From Macrostomum lignano (Eukaryota), in NCBI GenBank assembly GCA_002269645.1, contig NIVC01000416.1, positions 186,001 through 250,000 of the forward strand: a stretch of DNA of 64,000 nt, given 5' to 3'. Of this stretch, positions 39,425 through 54,504 are shown one piece after another (position 1 is the first letter of the stretch; each line of letters begins with the position of its first letter). Under the pieces are notes generated by a model. That model saw only the letters and a list, made by a program, of their open reading frames with translations. It was not told the origin of the DNA and did no database searches. A program made the translations under genes and the position numbers.

Positions 39425-39600
39425 GGAGGTTGTTGTTGTGGTTAGGTTGTTGATGTCAGAGCGTCCGGCTTACGACTGAAGGGTCGTGGGTTCGATTTGT
39501 GTCTTTGAGCAAGTCACCTAACTCTGCATTGCTTCAGTTAGCTGCGGCTGAGCTGTCGGTTGCACATCTGCCCATTCGGACAGGTTTAATAAATTATAAA
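39425..39600 (+). mobile_element. Internally deleted tRNA-derived SINE
   Basis: B-box-like GGTTCGATT. Shares TACGACTGAA, TAACTCTGCATTGCTTCAGTT and AGCTGCGGCTGA.CTGTCGGTTGCA with the copy at 58340-58631. Confidence 0.7.
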
Positions 39601-40118
39601 TTAATATTATTAATATTACACGGAAGCTAATAACTTTTAAACTCTGAACTTGTTAGCTTTTGCAATAATATGAACTAACAACTGCATAGGCAGAACTCAG
39701 AAGCTGTTACATAGAACTTTGACAACTGTTAACCACAGCGGTTTTTCATAGTCAAACAGCACATCATCAGGTATGCAGCTAATTACAATACACTATCTGC
39801 AGCCGTTTGCTTTGTGTTGCTTTTTTAGCCGCGTCTCTATGCAATTATCGATTTCTGACAGACAATTTCTATGTTAAGCTGCAACTCCCCTTCTTTCTGT
39901 CAATCATCAGCCAACTCCCAACAATCCTCTGGCGAGGGCTGAGACAATTTGGCATTGCAGCCACTCAACTTTCAGCTCTGCGATTCCCTCCTAATTGACT
40001 TTAGGCGGCCACACTGTGGCTAAATCCCAAGCCTTAACTACAGTGAAATCAAATGAAAATTTTATGTACTTTTCCTTGTTTTTAGATAGACACGTGTAGA
40101 TAATAGACAGAAAGATAG

Positions 40119-40755
<637 letters not shown>

Positions 40756-41543
40756 CTAGATGATCCATGCGATCACCTCTGTTGTCCTCAATCCCCTCCC
40801 AGTTTCTCCATACCCGTAGACGGTAGAAAGGTACAAGTACAAGATTCTGGAGGTGTGAAAGCGAATTGCTTTCTCCAACTACGACGATGACGCACGGGAG
40901 GCTGAACACAGCAGATAGGGGGTCAATAGTCAGTGGTAATTTTCCGCTCTATTATTACAAGCGCTTTTCATTCTGGCAGAGGGCAGGCCGTGAGGCTGCC
41001 TATTTTTACAGCGTGCGCACCTGCTTCCCAATCTGTCACTCTGTGGCCACCTCAAGCCGCGCTCCTCTCCCCTACTCTCTCCTCTCTAGCCCCGGTTGCG
41101 GACCTAGTTGGCCCTAGCAACCAAAACAGTTCTCCCCATACCTAGCCTCTGCGTTACCGTTGTTGGGTGAAGCAGGTTTGAGTAGCAAGCTTAGCTAGCC
41201 TATAGTGTATTTTTGCGGGCCCGGGGAGAACAGGGTGATTTGAGGTGGGGTTGCGGGGGCTGGGGTTAGAGGGAACGGGGATGAGAGAAGAGTACTCACA
41301 AATGCTGCCTCCCCCGGCTGCTGCTGTGACAGGGCAGGGGGGGGGGGTTCCGAAAACCGAGCGTCGCTCACCCAACCCCACCTGCAGAAGCTGCTCCCCT
41401 GCCCACCCCTTAGTTCACCTTGCCGACCAGCAAAAACATTCGAGCGGCTTTAACACCTGCATAACTCGCTGGCAGGCGATTTACTGCTGATTATTGCCTT
41501 CATATTCTCGTTTGATTCCGTTTCATCTGCCGCTCGGCTGCAG

Positions 41544-44500
41544 ACGCGAGAACGAAACGCCTGCTGCTGGCTTCCTCGACGACGAGAGTCAGCGGCGGTG
41601 GGGGAGGCGGCGTTGGCAGCGGCGTCAGTAACGAGGACGACGATGAGGACGATGCCACGCTGTCGCCCGCGTCGTCCTCGGCCGGTGCGGCGCTACCAAT
41701 CGACGGGATCGACTTGGGAGACGTCGTTGACGATGACGACGCAGCCACAAAGGTCGGCGGTCGCGTCGGTGGCGGCGTCGGTCGCGAGTTCGAGCTGCTG
41801 CAAGCGATGGAGACAGACCGAACAAGCGTCAGCTCGAGCGACGATTGGGGCGACTGCGTGAGCTGACTGTTTATTATCTAGGCTGTGTCATATCTAGACT
41901 CTTGCATTAACATCGCAAACCGCGTTGCATTCCGGAAAACAAAATCATTTCCAGGAATACGACATTCTGGCCGCTCAACGCGTCAACAGCCTATTTGAGC
42001 AGATCGATTGTCTCCTATACAGAGTCGACACGGCCGTCGTTCCGCCAAAGAAGACTCAGGAGGAGTGCTCGGAATGGGCAGCCGCCTTCCCTCACCTGCT
42101 GGTGCGCGGAAGCCGACTAACAACTGAGGAGTTCGAGGGGGGCGACGCCGGCGTGAGGTTCTTCCCGCCGCCCAGGGAGGCCACCCCGAGGGCGTCGGCT
42201 GCGGCGGCACCGGCTGCTTCGGCTGGTTCCACTGATGCCGCAACCGCAATTCCGCCTTCCCTTGGGATTGATAGGTATGTAAAGTGGATTGCTTTGTTGG
42301 TAACTTACTACAGTTGTGTCCGCAGATGATGCTGGAATTCTTGCTCAGTTGTGTCTATAGATGATGCTGGAATTCTTGCTCAGGTGTGTCTATAGATGAT
42401 GCTGGAATTCTTGCTCAGTTGTGTTTATAGATGATGCTGGAATTCTTGCTCAGCTGTGTTTATAGATGATGCTGGAATTCTTGCTCAGCTGTGTTTATAG
42501 ATGATGCTGGAATTCTTGCTCAGTTGTGTTTATAGATGATGCTGGAATTCTTGCTCAGCTGTGTTTATAGATGATGCTGGAATTCTTGCTCAGCTGTGTT
42601 TATAGATGATGCTGGAATTCTTGCTCAGCTGTGTTTATAGATGATGCTGGAATTCTTGCTCAGCTGTGTTTATAGATGATGCTGGAATTCTTGCTCAGCT
42701 GTGTTTATAGATGATGCTGGAATTCTTGCTCAGCTGTGTTTATAGATGATGCTGGAATTCTTGCTCAGCTGTGTCCACAGATGGTGCTGGAATTCTTGCT
42801 CAGCTGTGTCCACAGATGGTGCTGGAATTCTTGCTCAGTTGTGTCCACAGATGGTGCTGGAATTCTTGCTCAGTTGTGTCCGCAGATGGTGCTGGAATTC
42901 TTGCTCAGTTGTGTCCGCAGATGGTGCTGGAATTCTTGCTCAGTTGTGTCCACAGATGGTGCTGGAATTCTTGCTCAGTTGTGTCCACAGATGGTGCTGG
43001 AATTCTTGCTCAGTTGTGTCCACAGATGGTGCTGGAATTCTTGCTCAGTTGTGTCCACAGATGGTGCTGGAATTCTTCCATTTGTGGCCACATTCTAATG
43101 ACCAAATCTGGAATGATACTTATAGAGCTTTTCTAGAACCACGGGAACTTTCAGGGATTACCGCATTCAGTAGCGCACTCTGTGCACTTTCATTTTTAGG
43201 TAATCTGATTAACCTTACAAGGCCACTTGGCAGAGTTTATGACTACTATTTCATCAAGGGTCAAATCCCAATGGACTTAGAGGAGATGTTCATCTAGCTT
43301 TCTCTAATAAATTTTTCATCACTCAGCTGAGATATTTTTAGTATAGTAGAAGAAACAACAAACTATAGAAGGTGGTCAGAAGTTGCTCAGTTGAGAGAGC
43401 CCTGCACTTTGACTTGACATAGCTGTAGTGCCATGCAGTCAGACACGGTCGGACAACACTCCAGCGCATTCTTTGCGTCGCCATGGAAACAAGCAAGTGC
43501 TGAGCCAAGCCTGTACTTGCATTTATTTTAGGACTACACAGTAAACATGTTGAGTGCTCGCGTTCGAGTGAAGCGAGTGGTCATCTCCTCCATCGGGCCG
43601 TACACTTATCGTCTAACAAGAGCTACCAGTCAATGACTTTTAGTTAACTTATTAAGTGAAGCTTTAGTTAGTTAAATTCCGTTTGTTTAACTAACTGGAA
43701 TTCGAATACGCGCCAAAAGGGACATTGTTATGAAACAGTCATTTTAAAAGCCACGAGTAAATACCGGTAATAAGCGACTAACGTTAAGGAACATTTTTGA
43801 TACTCAGTGCAAAAGTCGTTATCATCCTACTGTCAATAATAAATGAAGTATCTTAAACTTGCAACTTCTATTGCAGCCTCTGTCTGGTGGGTCAATCAGC
43901 CAAAATCCTGCAGCCGCCCACCGATGCCAGCAGCTCCCAGATTGACGATAACAACGACGACGGCGCCGAAGACGACCCGCACATCGCTCTCGAGGAGATC
44001 CTAGCCGCTGACGGGCTGGTAGAAGAGGCCATCGCTCTCGACGATCGACACCTGCAGCCGGCCGTTGATCGATCATCCGACGCTATTCCAGCTGCAGCCG
44101 TAGTGGCCACGGCTGCCGACGAGGCCGCCTCTGCTGAGCGGCCCTCGCGTCGGAGCGGCCTCCCTCCGATGACGCCAAGTCTGGCGGTCCGCGACTCTTT
44201 GCAGGGCGCGGCATTCGACGCCCTGTGGCTGCGCGTGGCGGTCGCCTTTCGGCCGCTGTGCTGCGAGCGACTTCGCCGAAGTCGCCGACGACGCCAGCTC
44301 GAAGAACACGACGACGACGACGACGAAGACGTAGTGTTGGTAGACGATGATGACGAAGACGAGGATGTCGAGCTGGATGTGGGCGGGTCTACGCGAGCTC
44401 CAGTGGTTACGGCCGCGGCAAAATCCGCCGTCATTTCTGCGCCGGGCCAGCGTCCACCTCGGCAGGCGCCATCCTCGGCTGCTTCGTCCCGGGCGTCCTC

Positions 44501-45407
44501 TTCAACTGGTGGTGGAGGTGGCCGTCGACGACGTCAACATCTTGGCCCGTTGTCAACTGCCGGACTATCGGAGCTACCGCTGACCTCTGCCATCGCTGCT
44601 ACGGGCATCGGCGGCGGGGTTGGCGGCGAGGAGCTGTCGCACTTTCTCAACATCAAGTCAAAGACGTTGCAGCTGCGCACTGGACGGCGACCGAATTCGC
44701 CGCCTCTGCGTGATATTCCCGAGTCACCAGTGCCTCAGCTGTCACCACCAGCATTGACAGCTGCTCTTCTCCCGCCGTCTGCCGAGCATGCCCACCCACC
44801 TCTGACTGCTACGACGCAGTCCTCGCGTCGGATGTCCTCAGCCGCGTCGTCGCGTCCCCGATCGCGTTTGTCGACCATCCCGGGCGATTCGCCGTCCCCA
44901 GCGCCTGGAGCAACTTCAACATCCGCCATGATCTCTGCGGCTGCGCGCCGTTCGCGGACATCGTCTGTTGAAGACGCGCTCGGACTTCGCGTTGTGCCGT
45001 TGCGATCGGCACAGATACCGAATTCTGCTCAGCAAATTCCGCAGCCAGCGCTGACTCGTTCCGGCACGCTGCCTCCGTTGTTCGACCATCGGCGTCGGAG
45101 CGCGCAACGGCCTGGCAGCGGCGGCGTTCGTCAGGGAGCGCATTCCTCTTTGGACTTGCTGCCGTCGACCACATTCAGGGCATCATCTGGGGCGTCAGCA
45201 ACGTCGTCTAGTATGGGTCTGCGCAAGTCGGCCACTGGTGCCTTGACAACGACGCAGAAGCATGCCGCCGCGGCAGTGCACAGCGGTGGCCTAGACGTTC
45301 ACGGAAGAGCGCTGACTACCGCAGGGCACGAACTAATTGAAGCAGAACCGTCTGTTGGCCTTAGACGAGGTGCAAGTCCGCTGTGTAAGTTCATGCGTTT
45401 TTTGTAA
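41544..45407 (+). CDS. FAM149: FAM149-family protein (DUF3719)
   Basis: Exons 41544-41857 (..TSVSSSDDWGDC|), 41955-42274 (EYDILAAQRVNSLFEQIDCLLY...QEECSEWAAAFPHLLVRG) and 43877->45384/45407 (..EEILAADGLVEEAIALD.. followed by a long disordered tail), with consistent splice phases. The motifs match my recollection of DUF3719. The 5' and 3' ends are uncertain. Confidence 0.75.
42312..43077. repeat. 35-bp EcoRI-containing minisatellite (~22 copies) in a FAM149 intron
   Basis: Unit AGATG(A/G)TGCTGGAATTCTTGCTCAG(C/T)TGTGT(TTAT/CCAC); two variant blocks. Confidence 0.92.
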
Positions 45408-45584
45408 ATGTTATCATGTAGATTTTTGGTATTTCAACGTTGAATGTACCACAGTTGAATGAACCTTTAGTGAGCTAATTACAAAGTTCTTTTGGATACA
45501 TATCGGATTAGTTAAGTCTAGAAAATGTGATGGTAAAGTCTTGCTTTCACTAGTTAAATTTATTTTGTGTTCTGGATATTGATA

Positions 45585-46000
45585 CCGACTTGGTTAGTTA
45601 GGGAATGGGGTGGTGGTTGTCTGCGTGCCGACTTGGTTAGTTAGGGAATGGGGTGGTGGTTGTCTGCGTGCCGACTTGGTTAGTTAGGGAATGGGGTGGT
45701 GGTTGTCTGCGTACCGACTTGGTTAGTTAGGGAATGGGGTGGTGGTTGTCTGCGTGCCGACTTGGTTATTTAAGGAATGGGGTGGTGGTTTTCTGCGTGC
45801 CGACTTGGTTATTTAAGGAATGGGGTGGTGGTTTTCTGCGTGCCGACTTGGTCAGCTAGGGAATGGGTGGTGGTTTTCTGCGTGCCGACTTGGTTAGTTA
45901 AGGAATGGAGTGGTGGTTATATAGGCCGACTGGGTTATTTGGGAATGGGTTGATTGTTTGCATGCCGACTTAGACAACCACCACCCCATTCCCTAACTAA
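45585..46000. repeat. 43-bp tandem repeat with a terminal inverted partial copy
   Basis: CCGACTTGGTTAGTTAGGGAATGGGGTGGTGGTTGTCTGCGTG at 45585, 45628 and onward; reverse-complement copy at 45972-46000. Confidence 0.88.
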
Positions 46001-47140
46001 ACTGTGTGCCGACTTGGTTAGTTAATTAGTAGTGGAGTCGAGTGTTGCGCTACAGAACCTGTAAACATCAGCCATATAAAATCGGCGTGCAATTATATCG
46101 TACCATTGCAGATTTCGGTTCGACAAGTGCAAACTCCTATCAGCAGATCAGACGCAGCAAACAAGTAAACACTATCAGACGATAAACATTTTTATTTCAA
46201 TTTTGTGTATTTGTAAAACTCTCTGCCCCTGATATTGAATAAATATTGCTTAAAACATTGTGCTTGATAATAAAATTCAGGTCCATATTATCTGTTCAAC
46301 GGCAAGATCGTTATAGACATGTGATTGTATAATTTTTAGCTTCTGAATGGATATTTCAAAGCTGTATTATTTGCTCCGACAAGCCGCACGTTTTCATAGG
46401 CAATATAAAAATTTTTTATTCTATACTATCAGGCACTTCCGTTTCCTTTATGCACAAATTTGTACAGTACATGTGGCTTAATGAGTTTTGACACTCGCAG
46501 TAATAAAATATGGCTTTCCGATCGCTGAACGTGTAGTACATCTTAATCCAATGCATCCAGTTTTTGTGATTGCATGTTGCCCTCCTCTCGCAGATTTTAA
46601 AATCGATATTTTCTTGAGCTACATGTACATGTAATGTGTTTTTGTTGATTTATGATGATTTTGTTTTCAGCAGGGAAAATTCTGCTATAGATTCTTTACA
46701 TGTAACTCTGTTGCGCACGAGGCTTCTGCAAAAGCACCTCGATCGCATGCTTATACGAGTAACTTATTGACTTAGTCCTTAGCCATGTTTATTGAGAATC
46801 ATGTAAAATTCTATATTTATAAAGATTTTATTGATAAAGATTTACAAAATTCTATATTATTCATGTATGTCTCTGTAAAAATACATTCTACATTATTCGG
46901 AGCTAAAATCTCTTCAAGCTGTTGTTGACGAAATAAATTAAGCTTTAATTCTACTATTACTTGCACATATAGACGTGACTTTTTCCTACATTTTTAAACT
47001 CAAAATCGATCAATGTACATGTACATGTAGCTGCTAGATATAAATAAATTTTAAAGTACATGTATGATCGGAAATTTCTGCCACAGCTTAACCTCCCAAT
47101 AAACCAAACGCAAAAGCGACAGCGTATAGTATACTTATAC

Positions 47141-48309
47141 AACAACAACAACAACAAAGTACGCTGTCATGTGGAAAAAAGCAGCGTCACAGGGCACGCT
47201 TCAGAGCCTGGGCGCGAACAAAGGCCGCACCGCCGGCAGAGTCCGGGGCGCCAGCGTCGGCCAGCAGGCAGTCGACGAAACGCCGAGTTTGGGCCTGGCC
47301 GCGCCGGTAGGGTGCCTGCAGCGTTAGCAGCAGCACCTCCTGCACCGGCTGCGGGCAGTAGAACTCGGCGCGGATGATGTGGCCTGCCAGCTGGAGTCGC
47401 CGAAGTCGCAGCAGTTCACTTGGACGGGCCAGGCCGGCGCGGCGATAGAGTGCCGCGTTAGTGATCCGCTCGTCGCTGATCTTAAAGGCGGCGCGCAGCA
47501 GGCCAGCATGCGCCGCGTTGACTTGCTGTTCGAGCGAATCCGTCAGCGTCCAGGTCTCGGCGTTGTACAACTGGACGGTCTCGACCACCGCCTGGAATAG
47601 CGCCGCCCTCTGGCGGTCAGCCAGGGCCTCGGACTGCAGGACCGCCCTCACAGAGCAAAAGGCAGCCCAAGCGAGCCCGCGGCGACGCAGCAGATCTTCG
47701 TGGACGTCAGGTACCAGACCGCCGAGGTAGACGAACTGCTGACAGCGCGGAAGCTTCGTTACCTGCCCGCCAGCGGCTCGGCAGAAAATCGCGGCCTCGA
47801 TGTTGCCCGGCACGCAAAGCACAACGGTCTTCTTCGTGTTGACCACCAGGCCGACGCTCGCTGCAGCGCTAACCAGCTTGTCCAGCTGGCGCTGGGCGCC
47901 CTCTACGGTCGAGGACAGCAGCGCGAGGTCATCGGCGTAGCCAAGCACGCTGAGCGTTTCTCCGGTGGACGTCGACCCACGCGTCGCCGCATTAGGAAGC
48001 CGTCTTCGTCGGTAGGAAGAGCAGTTCGTATAGCACCCAGTCAAGCACCAGGACGAACAGGAACGGCGCTAGAGTGTCCCCCTGGAGCACCACGGAGGAT
48101 GTCTCGAAGGAGTCCGACAGGCCGTCCGGCGTCATCACAGCTGCTCTCGTAGCACAGTACAACGCCATTATGGCGGAGATCAGCTGTTCTGGTACATGAT
48201 ACGCATGGAGCACATGTGGGAGCGCAGCCCTCGCAACGAGTCGAATGCCTTCATGAAGTCAATGAAGACAACAATCAGGTCCAACTGGCGCGTGCGCGCC
48301 GCCTCGATG
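47141..48309 (-). mobile_element. 5'-truncated, frameshifted RTE-like non-LTR retrotransposon (RT C-terminal part)
   Basis: RT motifs FIDFMKAFDS, LQGDTLAPFLF, LGYADDLALL, VNTKKT, FVYLGG and LYNAETWTLT across several frames; (GTT)n 3' tail; imperfect TSD TAGTATACT(TA/AG)TAC at 47127-47140 and 48310-48323. Confidence 0.88.
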
Positions 48310-48689
48310 TAGTATACTAGTACAAAGTATACTTATGAAATGTCTACACTGTACGTACATTTATACAGCTGGAATGTATTACTACATGTACCAGCGCCAG
48401 GGAAACTTAAACCCAGAAGGAGCAGCAATTCATTTGTACCGACGTAAATTACTGACGTATTCAACGTCGGATTACTGTTTATGAGGAACTATACGTCTTT
48501 CGTCTTAAAGATCAGATACGTGTCGCATAAATACGCGCGACTATTGATCGAATTTGATCACTACATGCATGCAATTATAATGGCAGCTTTGAAAATTCAG
48601 AAAAGGCATGTAGTACACGCGCGGTATTGCACCAAAAACGAGCAGTTGAACAGCCTACAGTGTAGCTACAACTACAAGGACCACTAGAA

Positions 48690-49735
<1,046 letters not shown>

Positions 49736-50980
49736 GTATAAACTCAATTAGACATTTCTAATTGGTTTCCCTTCGCTTTAGATCAGAAAAATTTTTACGT
49801 CAACCGAATTTATTTATTTTATTTTGTGTTTTGAAATACTAACAATTTAATTACTTATACGCATGCAGTTGATTTTCGAAATTAAAGCAATTATTATATT
49901 TTGGTATACTGCACACAAATTTAAATAATTCTAACGTTAATTATTTTTTTAACGGGGCCCCTTTTTCCTGTTATCTGCTAGGCGAATGTAAAAGTATATA
50001 TATTCAATTTTAAACGATCGATCAATGAAAGAAAGTTATTGGAATGTGTAGTGAAGCGATGATATTTATAATTAGGCCTAAGTGCTCGAAAACTAATGTA
50101 GCTCTTCAAAGTTCTCAACTTCTAGTTCTATCTAAGTACACAGATTGTTTCTCTCTCTTTAAACTTAAGACTTCAATCTTTGCATGCATATTGTATAGTG
50201 TAAGTACTTGATCAGCTACTCATTGAGAATTGTTAGGTCTAGTCCAACTCCAAAGGCTTCATGTTAAGTAAAAAACTCATTACTCAACTCATTCAAGCTT
50301 AAATCAAGTAAGTAGGGCCTACTCTACTCATCCAGACTATATATACAATCTAACATATATCCCATCATTTAAATTAAAATGATTGATCAAGTAAAGTTAA
50401 ATGTTGAATTTGAAATTTGTTTCCAAAACATGGAACAAAAATTTACTTATTTAAATAGGGCCTACAAATTGTCACTAAAATATTAAATAATAGTAAAAAT
50501 GAATTGTCATTGTCATATCACTATAGTACAAAGGAATATCTATAGGGGGGGGGGTATGATTGAAATTAAAAGTAAATTTTAAACAGCCTAGGCTCTGCTA
50601 GTGAATGTCAATAACAATGATAACAGAGAGTCACTATAATGGGTACCAGTTATTTCATTTACTAACAGTTTTTCTATTAAGTAGACAAAAAATTCTCTTT
50701 TTAAAACTATTATCTATTAGGAAATGAGTGTAATAAGATAAGAATTAAAGATTATTAAGTATTTTAGAGAGAGGGGACATAGTGTGCAACAACTTGAGAT
50801 TTGAAATAGCACATGTCTTGCTGTTGATAATGTTTATAGGCCTATATAGAAAAATTCCAATAGTTTTGGTTCCATTACTTGGCATTAGTTTTTAATTAAG
50901 CTTATGATTTTTTTTCTATAAAAGTTTTATATATATTATGAAATAGTTTGTTCAACTGATAGAGCCCATAGCATTTTAAC

Positions 50981-51278
50981 AATATTAATACTATAGATAT
51001 ATTTTCAAGTAGTTTGCCACCTTATTCCCTATCTTATCCCACTTTTTTCTTCATTTTTATTTCTTAGTAGACAAACAGTTTTAAAGGAAAAAAGCTTTTT
51101 GTCTACTTAGCAAACAAACTGTCAATAGAAAATATTAATACTATAGATATATTTTCAAGTAGTTTGCTGCCTTATTCCCTATCTTATCCCACTTTTTCAT
51201 TTTTATTTCTTAGTAGACAAACAGTTTTAAAGGAAAAAGGCTTTTTGTCTACTTAGCAAACAAACTGTCAACAGAAAA
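50981..51278. repeat. ~150-bp direct tandem duplication
   Basis: AATATTAATACTATAGATATATTTTCAAGTAGTTTGC... at 50981 and 51131. Confidence 0.85.
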
Positions 51279-52373
51279 ATGAACTAAAACCATACAATGT
51301 TTAATCATACTTAGTACTTGCACTATATTAATATTAATAACATTATAAAATAGGCCTATACAAAAGCTTTATATATAGAATTAAGATAAGGTATACTTAA
51401 ATTTGTTTATATATTGTATTCTATAAAAAAAGATCATACAATATGGCAAAGTAAAAATAATTCCAAAAAATGCAAATTATATTATATCATTGCTATACTA
51501 GCTATCTGAAACTTGAATAATTATTATAATAAATATAGAATATTTTTAAAAAGCAATATAGCCTAACAAGAAAGTCTTGAGATATGGTGCTTTTTAAAAA
51601 TTATGAACTATAGGCTATCATTAGACTTGGCATTAGAATTGCTCAAATTGTTTTAACCAAGCATTTGTAGGCCTAGGCACTTATTATATTGGCCTAACAA
51701 TTAATAATTGTAAGACATTGCTATACTGGTATAACAATAGTTTCTTTTGCAATGACTATAAACATAACTTATATATGACAAGAAAGGCCAATGTAGAATA
51801 GAAATTTCCATCATATACCTTTTTTGGAAATTGAAGGCCTATTAGAAAACAAGTCCCTAAACAATTGCTATTTTTATGTCTAAAACTTTTTTGTAATCTA
51901 GTTAGATGAACTTGCAATTGTAAAGTAGATAATCATATATAAAAATGTACAAAAATCTATAAATAATACATATTTTTGTTTGTATTCTTAAAAATCTAAA
52001 AAATAAGTTTAGTTTTGAGCATGTTAAAAAAGATATACTTTTGTATGAGTTTACCTAATCCTCATATCAATGAAAGATAGCACTTTTAGGGCTAGGTTTT
52101 TGCTGGTTAACTTAATCTAGTGAAGACCCAATGCAGTCTATATCAGTGATGTCTGCATTGAGTTGTCACCTTTTTGATTGCTTACAAACATGCAAACTAA
52201 GCTAAGCTCTTGATTATTATAAGGCTCAACTGAAAAAAGAAAGAAACAAACAAACTATAAATTCTAAAGTCTTGATTTAAAGTGTTTTAAGAAAATCTTG
52301 TTGTTAGCCAGATGTTTTGTGTAAAACTACACTACACTCACTACTAAACCTTCAGCTCCATCAGTAGCCAGTC

Positions 52374-54504
52374 ATGGGTGTACGCGGCCTGAAGAAGCAC
52401 CTGAAGCGGGTGAACGCCCCCCGGCACTGGATGCTGGACAAAATGTCCGGCTGCTTCGCCCCCAAGCCGGCCGCTGGGCCGCACAAAATGCGCGAATGCC
52501 TGCCGCTGTGCCTGTTTCTGCGCAACCGGCTGAAGTACGCGCTCACTTACAAGGAGACCACCAAGATTCTGGCGCAGCGGTCTATTAAGGTGAGATGCTA
52601 GTCTGCATTTAAACTTTGAGTAATTTTGGTCTTTATACAGCATCAATAAAAATGCTCAATGAAAAAGTGGCGAGAGCAGATAAGCATGGAAGGAAAAGGT
52701 GCGGAAAAGAGAAGAGATGGATAGAATGAGGAAGTATAGGATAGAATGAGGAAGTATAGGATAGAATGGGGAAGTATAGGATAGAATGGGGAAGTAAGAA
52801 TAGAATGGGAAAGTAGAGGATAGAATGAGGAAGTATAGGGGATAGAATGGGGAAGTATAGGATAGAATGGGGAAGTATAGGATAGAATGGGGAAGTATAG
52901 GATAGAATGGGGAAGTATAGGATAGAATGGGGAAGTATAGGATAGAATGGGGAAGTATAGGATAGAATGAGGAAGTAAGAATAGAATGGGAAAGTATAGG
53001 ATAGAATGGGAAAGTATAGGATAGAATGGGGAAGTATAGGATAGAATGGGGAAGTATAGGATAGAATGGGGAAGTATAGGATAGAATGGGGAAGTATGGG
53101 ATAGAATGGAAGTAAGAATAGAATGGGGTAGTATAGGATAGAGTGGGGAAGTATAGGATAGAAATAAATGAAGTATAGGATAAAATGAGAAGTATTGGAT
53201 CGAATGATAATATCGAAGCCGGAGAAAAATGATTTAAAAGATATATGAAAAACATAATGATAGGATATGGAATAGAGAATAGAAAAAAGAAATGGGAAAA
53301 TAGATAGAGTAGAAGGCTGTGATTAAAGAAGACAGAATAAGACGGTAGAAAGATCAAAGGATGCGAGAAAAGACACAATAATGAAAGTGCTTTTCGAATT
53401 TCGAAAACCCCATTGAAATGCATTCATTCGGCAGTATTGCATCGTATCGCATCATCGCCTTTGCCCTGCTCAGGTGGACGCCCGCGTCCGCACGGACAAG
53501 CGATTCCCGGCTGGCTTCATGGACGTCATCAGCATCGAGCGGACTGGCGAGAACTACCGTCTGATCTACGATGTGAAGGGCCGCTTCGCCTTGCACGCGA
53601 TCACCCCGGAGGAGGCCAAGTATAAGCTGTGCCGCGTGCGCAGGTGAGTTATATCCGGGTCTTGATTTGTAGCTGCCGATATGTATCGAAGTCAGAAACA
53701 CCTGACATTAGTGTTAGCACTACTCTATCAGAGTTGATGGTAAAATAGGATTTGCATTGACCCCAATTGGAGTGCTTTAAGTGTAGTATTTTAACATTCG
53801 GTTGTTTGTGTTTAAGCTACCTATATGTAGCGTTTATAACTTAATTAAGCTGTGGACACCTGATTACTGGTTGGCTGTCAGGCTACCGATATGTAGCGCT
53901 TATAACTTAATTAAGCCATTAACAATGTTGGCTATTGACACTACCCAAATCAATCTTATAGTTTTAAGAGTGGCCAATTCGTCAGTTAGTTTAGTACTCA
54001 AGCTCCTAGTGGTAATTAAACTACCGACATGTATCGATAATAAGTTTACAAAGCCAGTAAATAGCAGCTATGCAACAGCGGTTCGCCCCGCCGTCTGTCC
54101 GCAGGGTGGCCACCGCCCATGGCAACGTGCCGCTGCTCAACACGCACGACGCCCGCACCATCCGGTACCCGGACCCAATGGTGAAGGTCAACGACACGAT
54201 CAGGGTGGACCTGGCCACCGGCAAGATCATCGACTTCGTGAAGTTCGAGCCCGGCAACCTGTGCATGATCACCGGCGGCGCCAACACCGGCCGAGTTGGC
54301 GTCATCACCCACAAGGAGCGTCACCCGGACTTTGACATTGTGCACGTGAAGGACTCGCTTGGCCACACCTTCGCCACTAGGGAGAGCAACGTCTTCGTCA
54401 TTGGCAAGGGCAACCAGCCCTGGGTGTCGCTGCCGCGCGGCAAAGGCGTCAAGCTGAGCATCGCCGAGGAGCGCGACCGCCGCCTGGCTGTCACCCGCAA
54501 GTGA
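52374..54504 (+). CDS. RPS4: 40S ribosomal protein S4 (eS4), 3 coding exons, 261 aa
   Basis: Exons 52374-52589, 53474-53643 and 54105-54504; motifs [52 protein letters not shown] and GGANTGRVG. Confidence 0.96.
52720..53170. repeat. 20-bp GATAGAATGGGGAAGTATAG minisatellite in RPS4 intron 1
   Basis: Direct reading. Confidence 0.9.
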
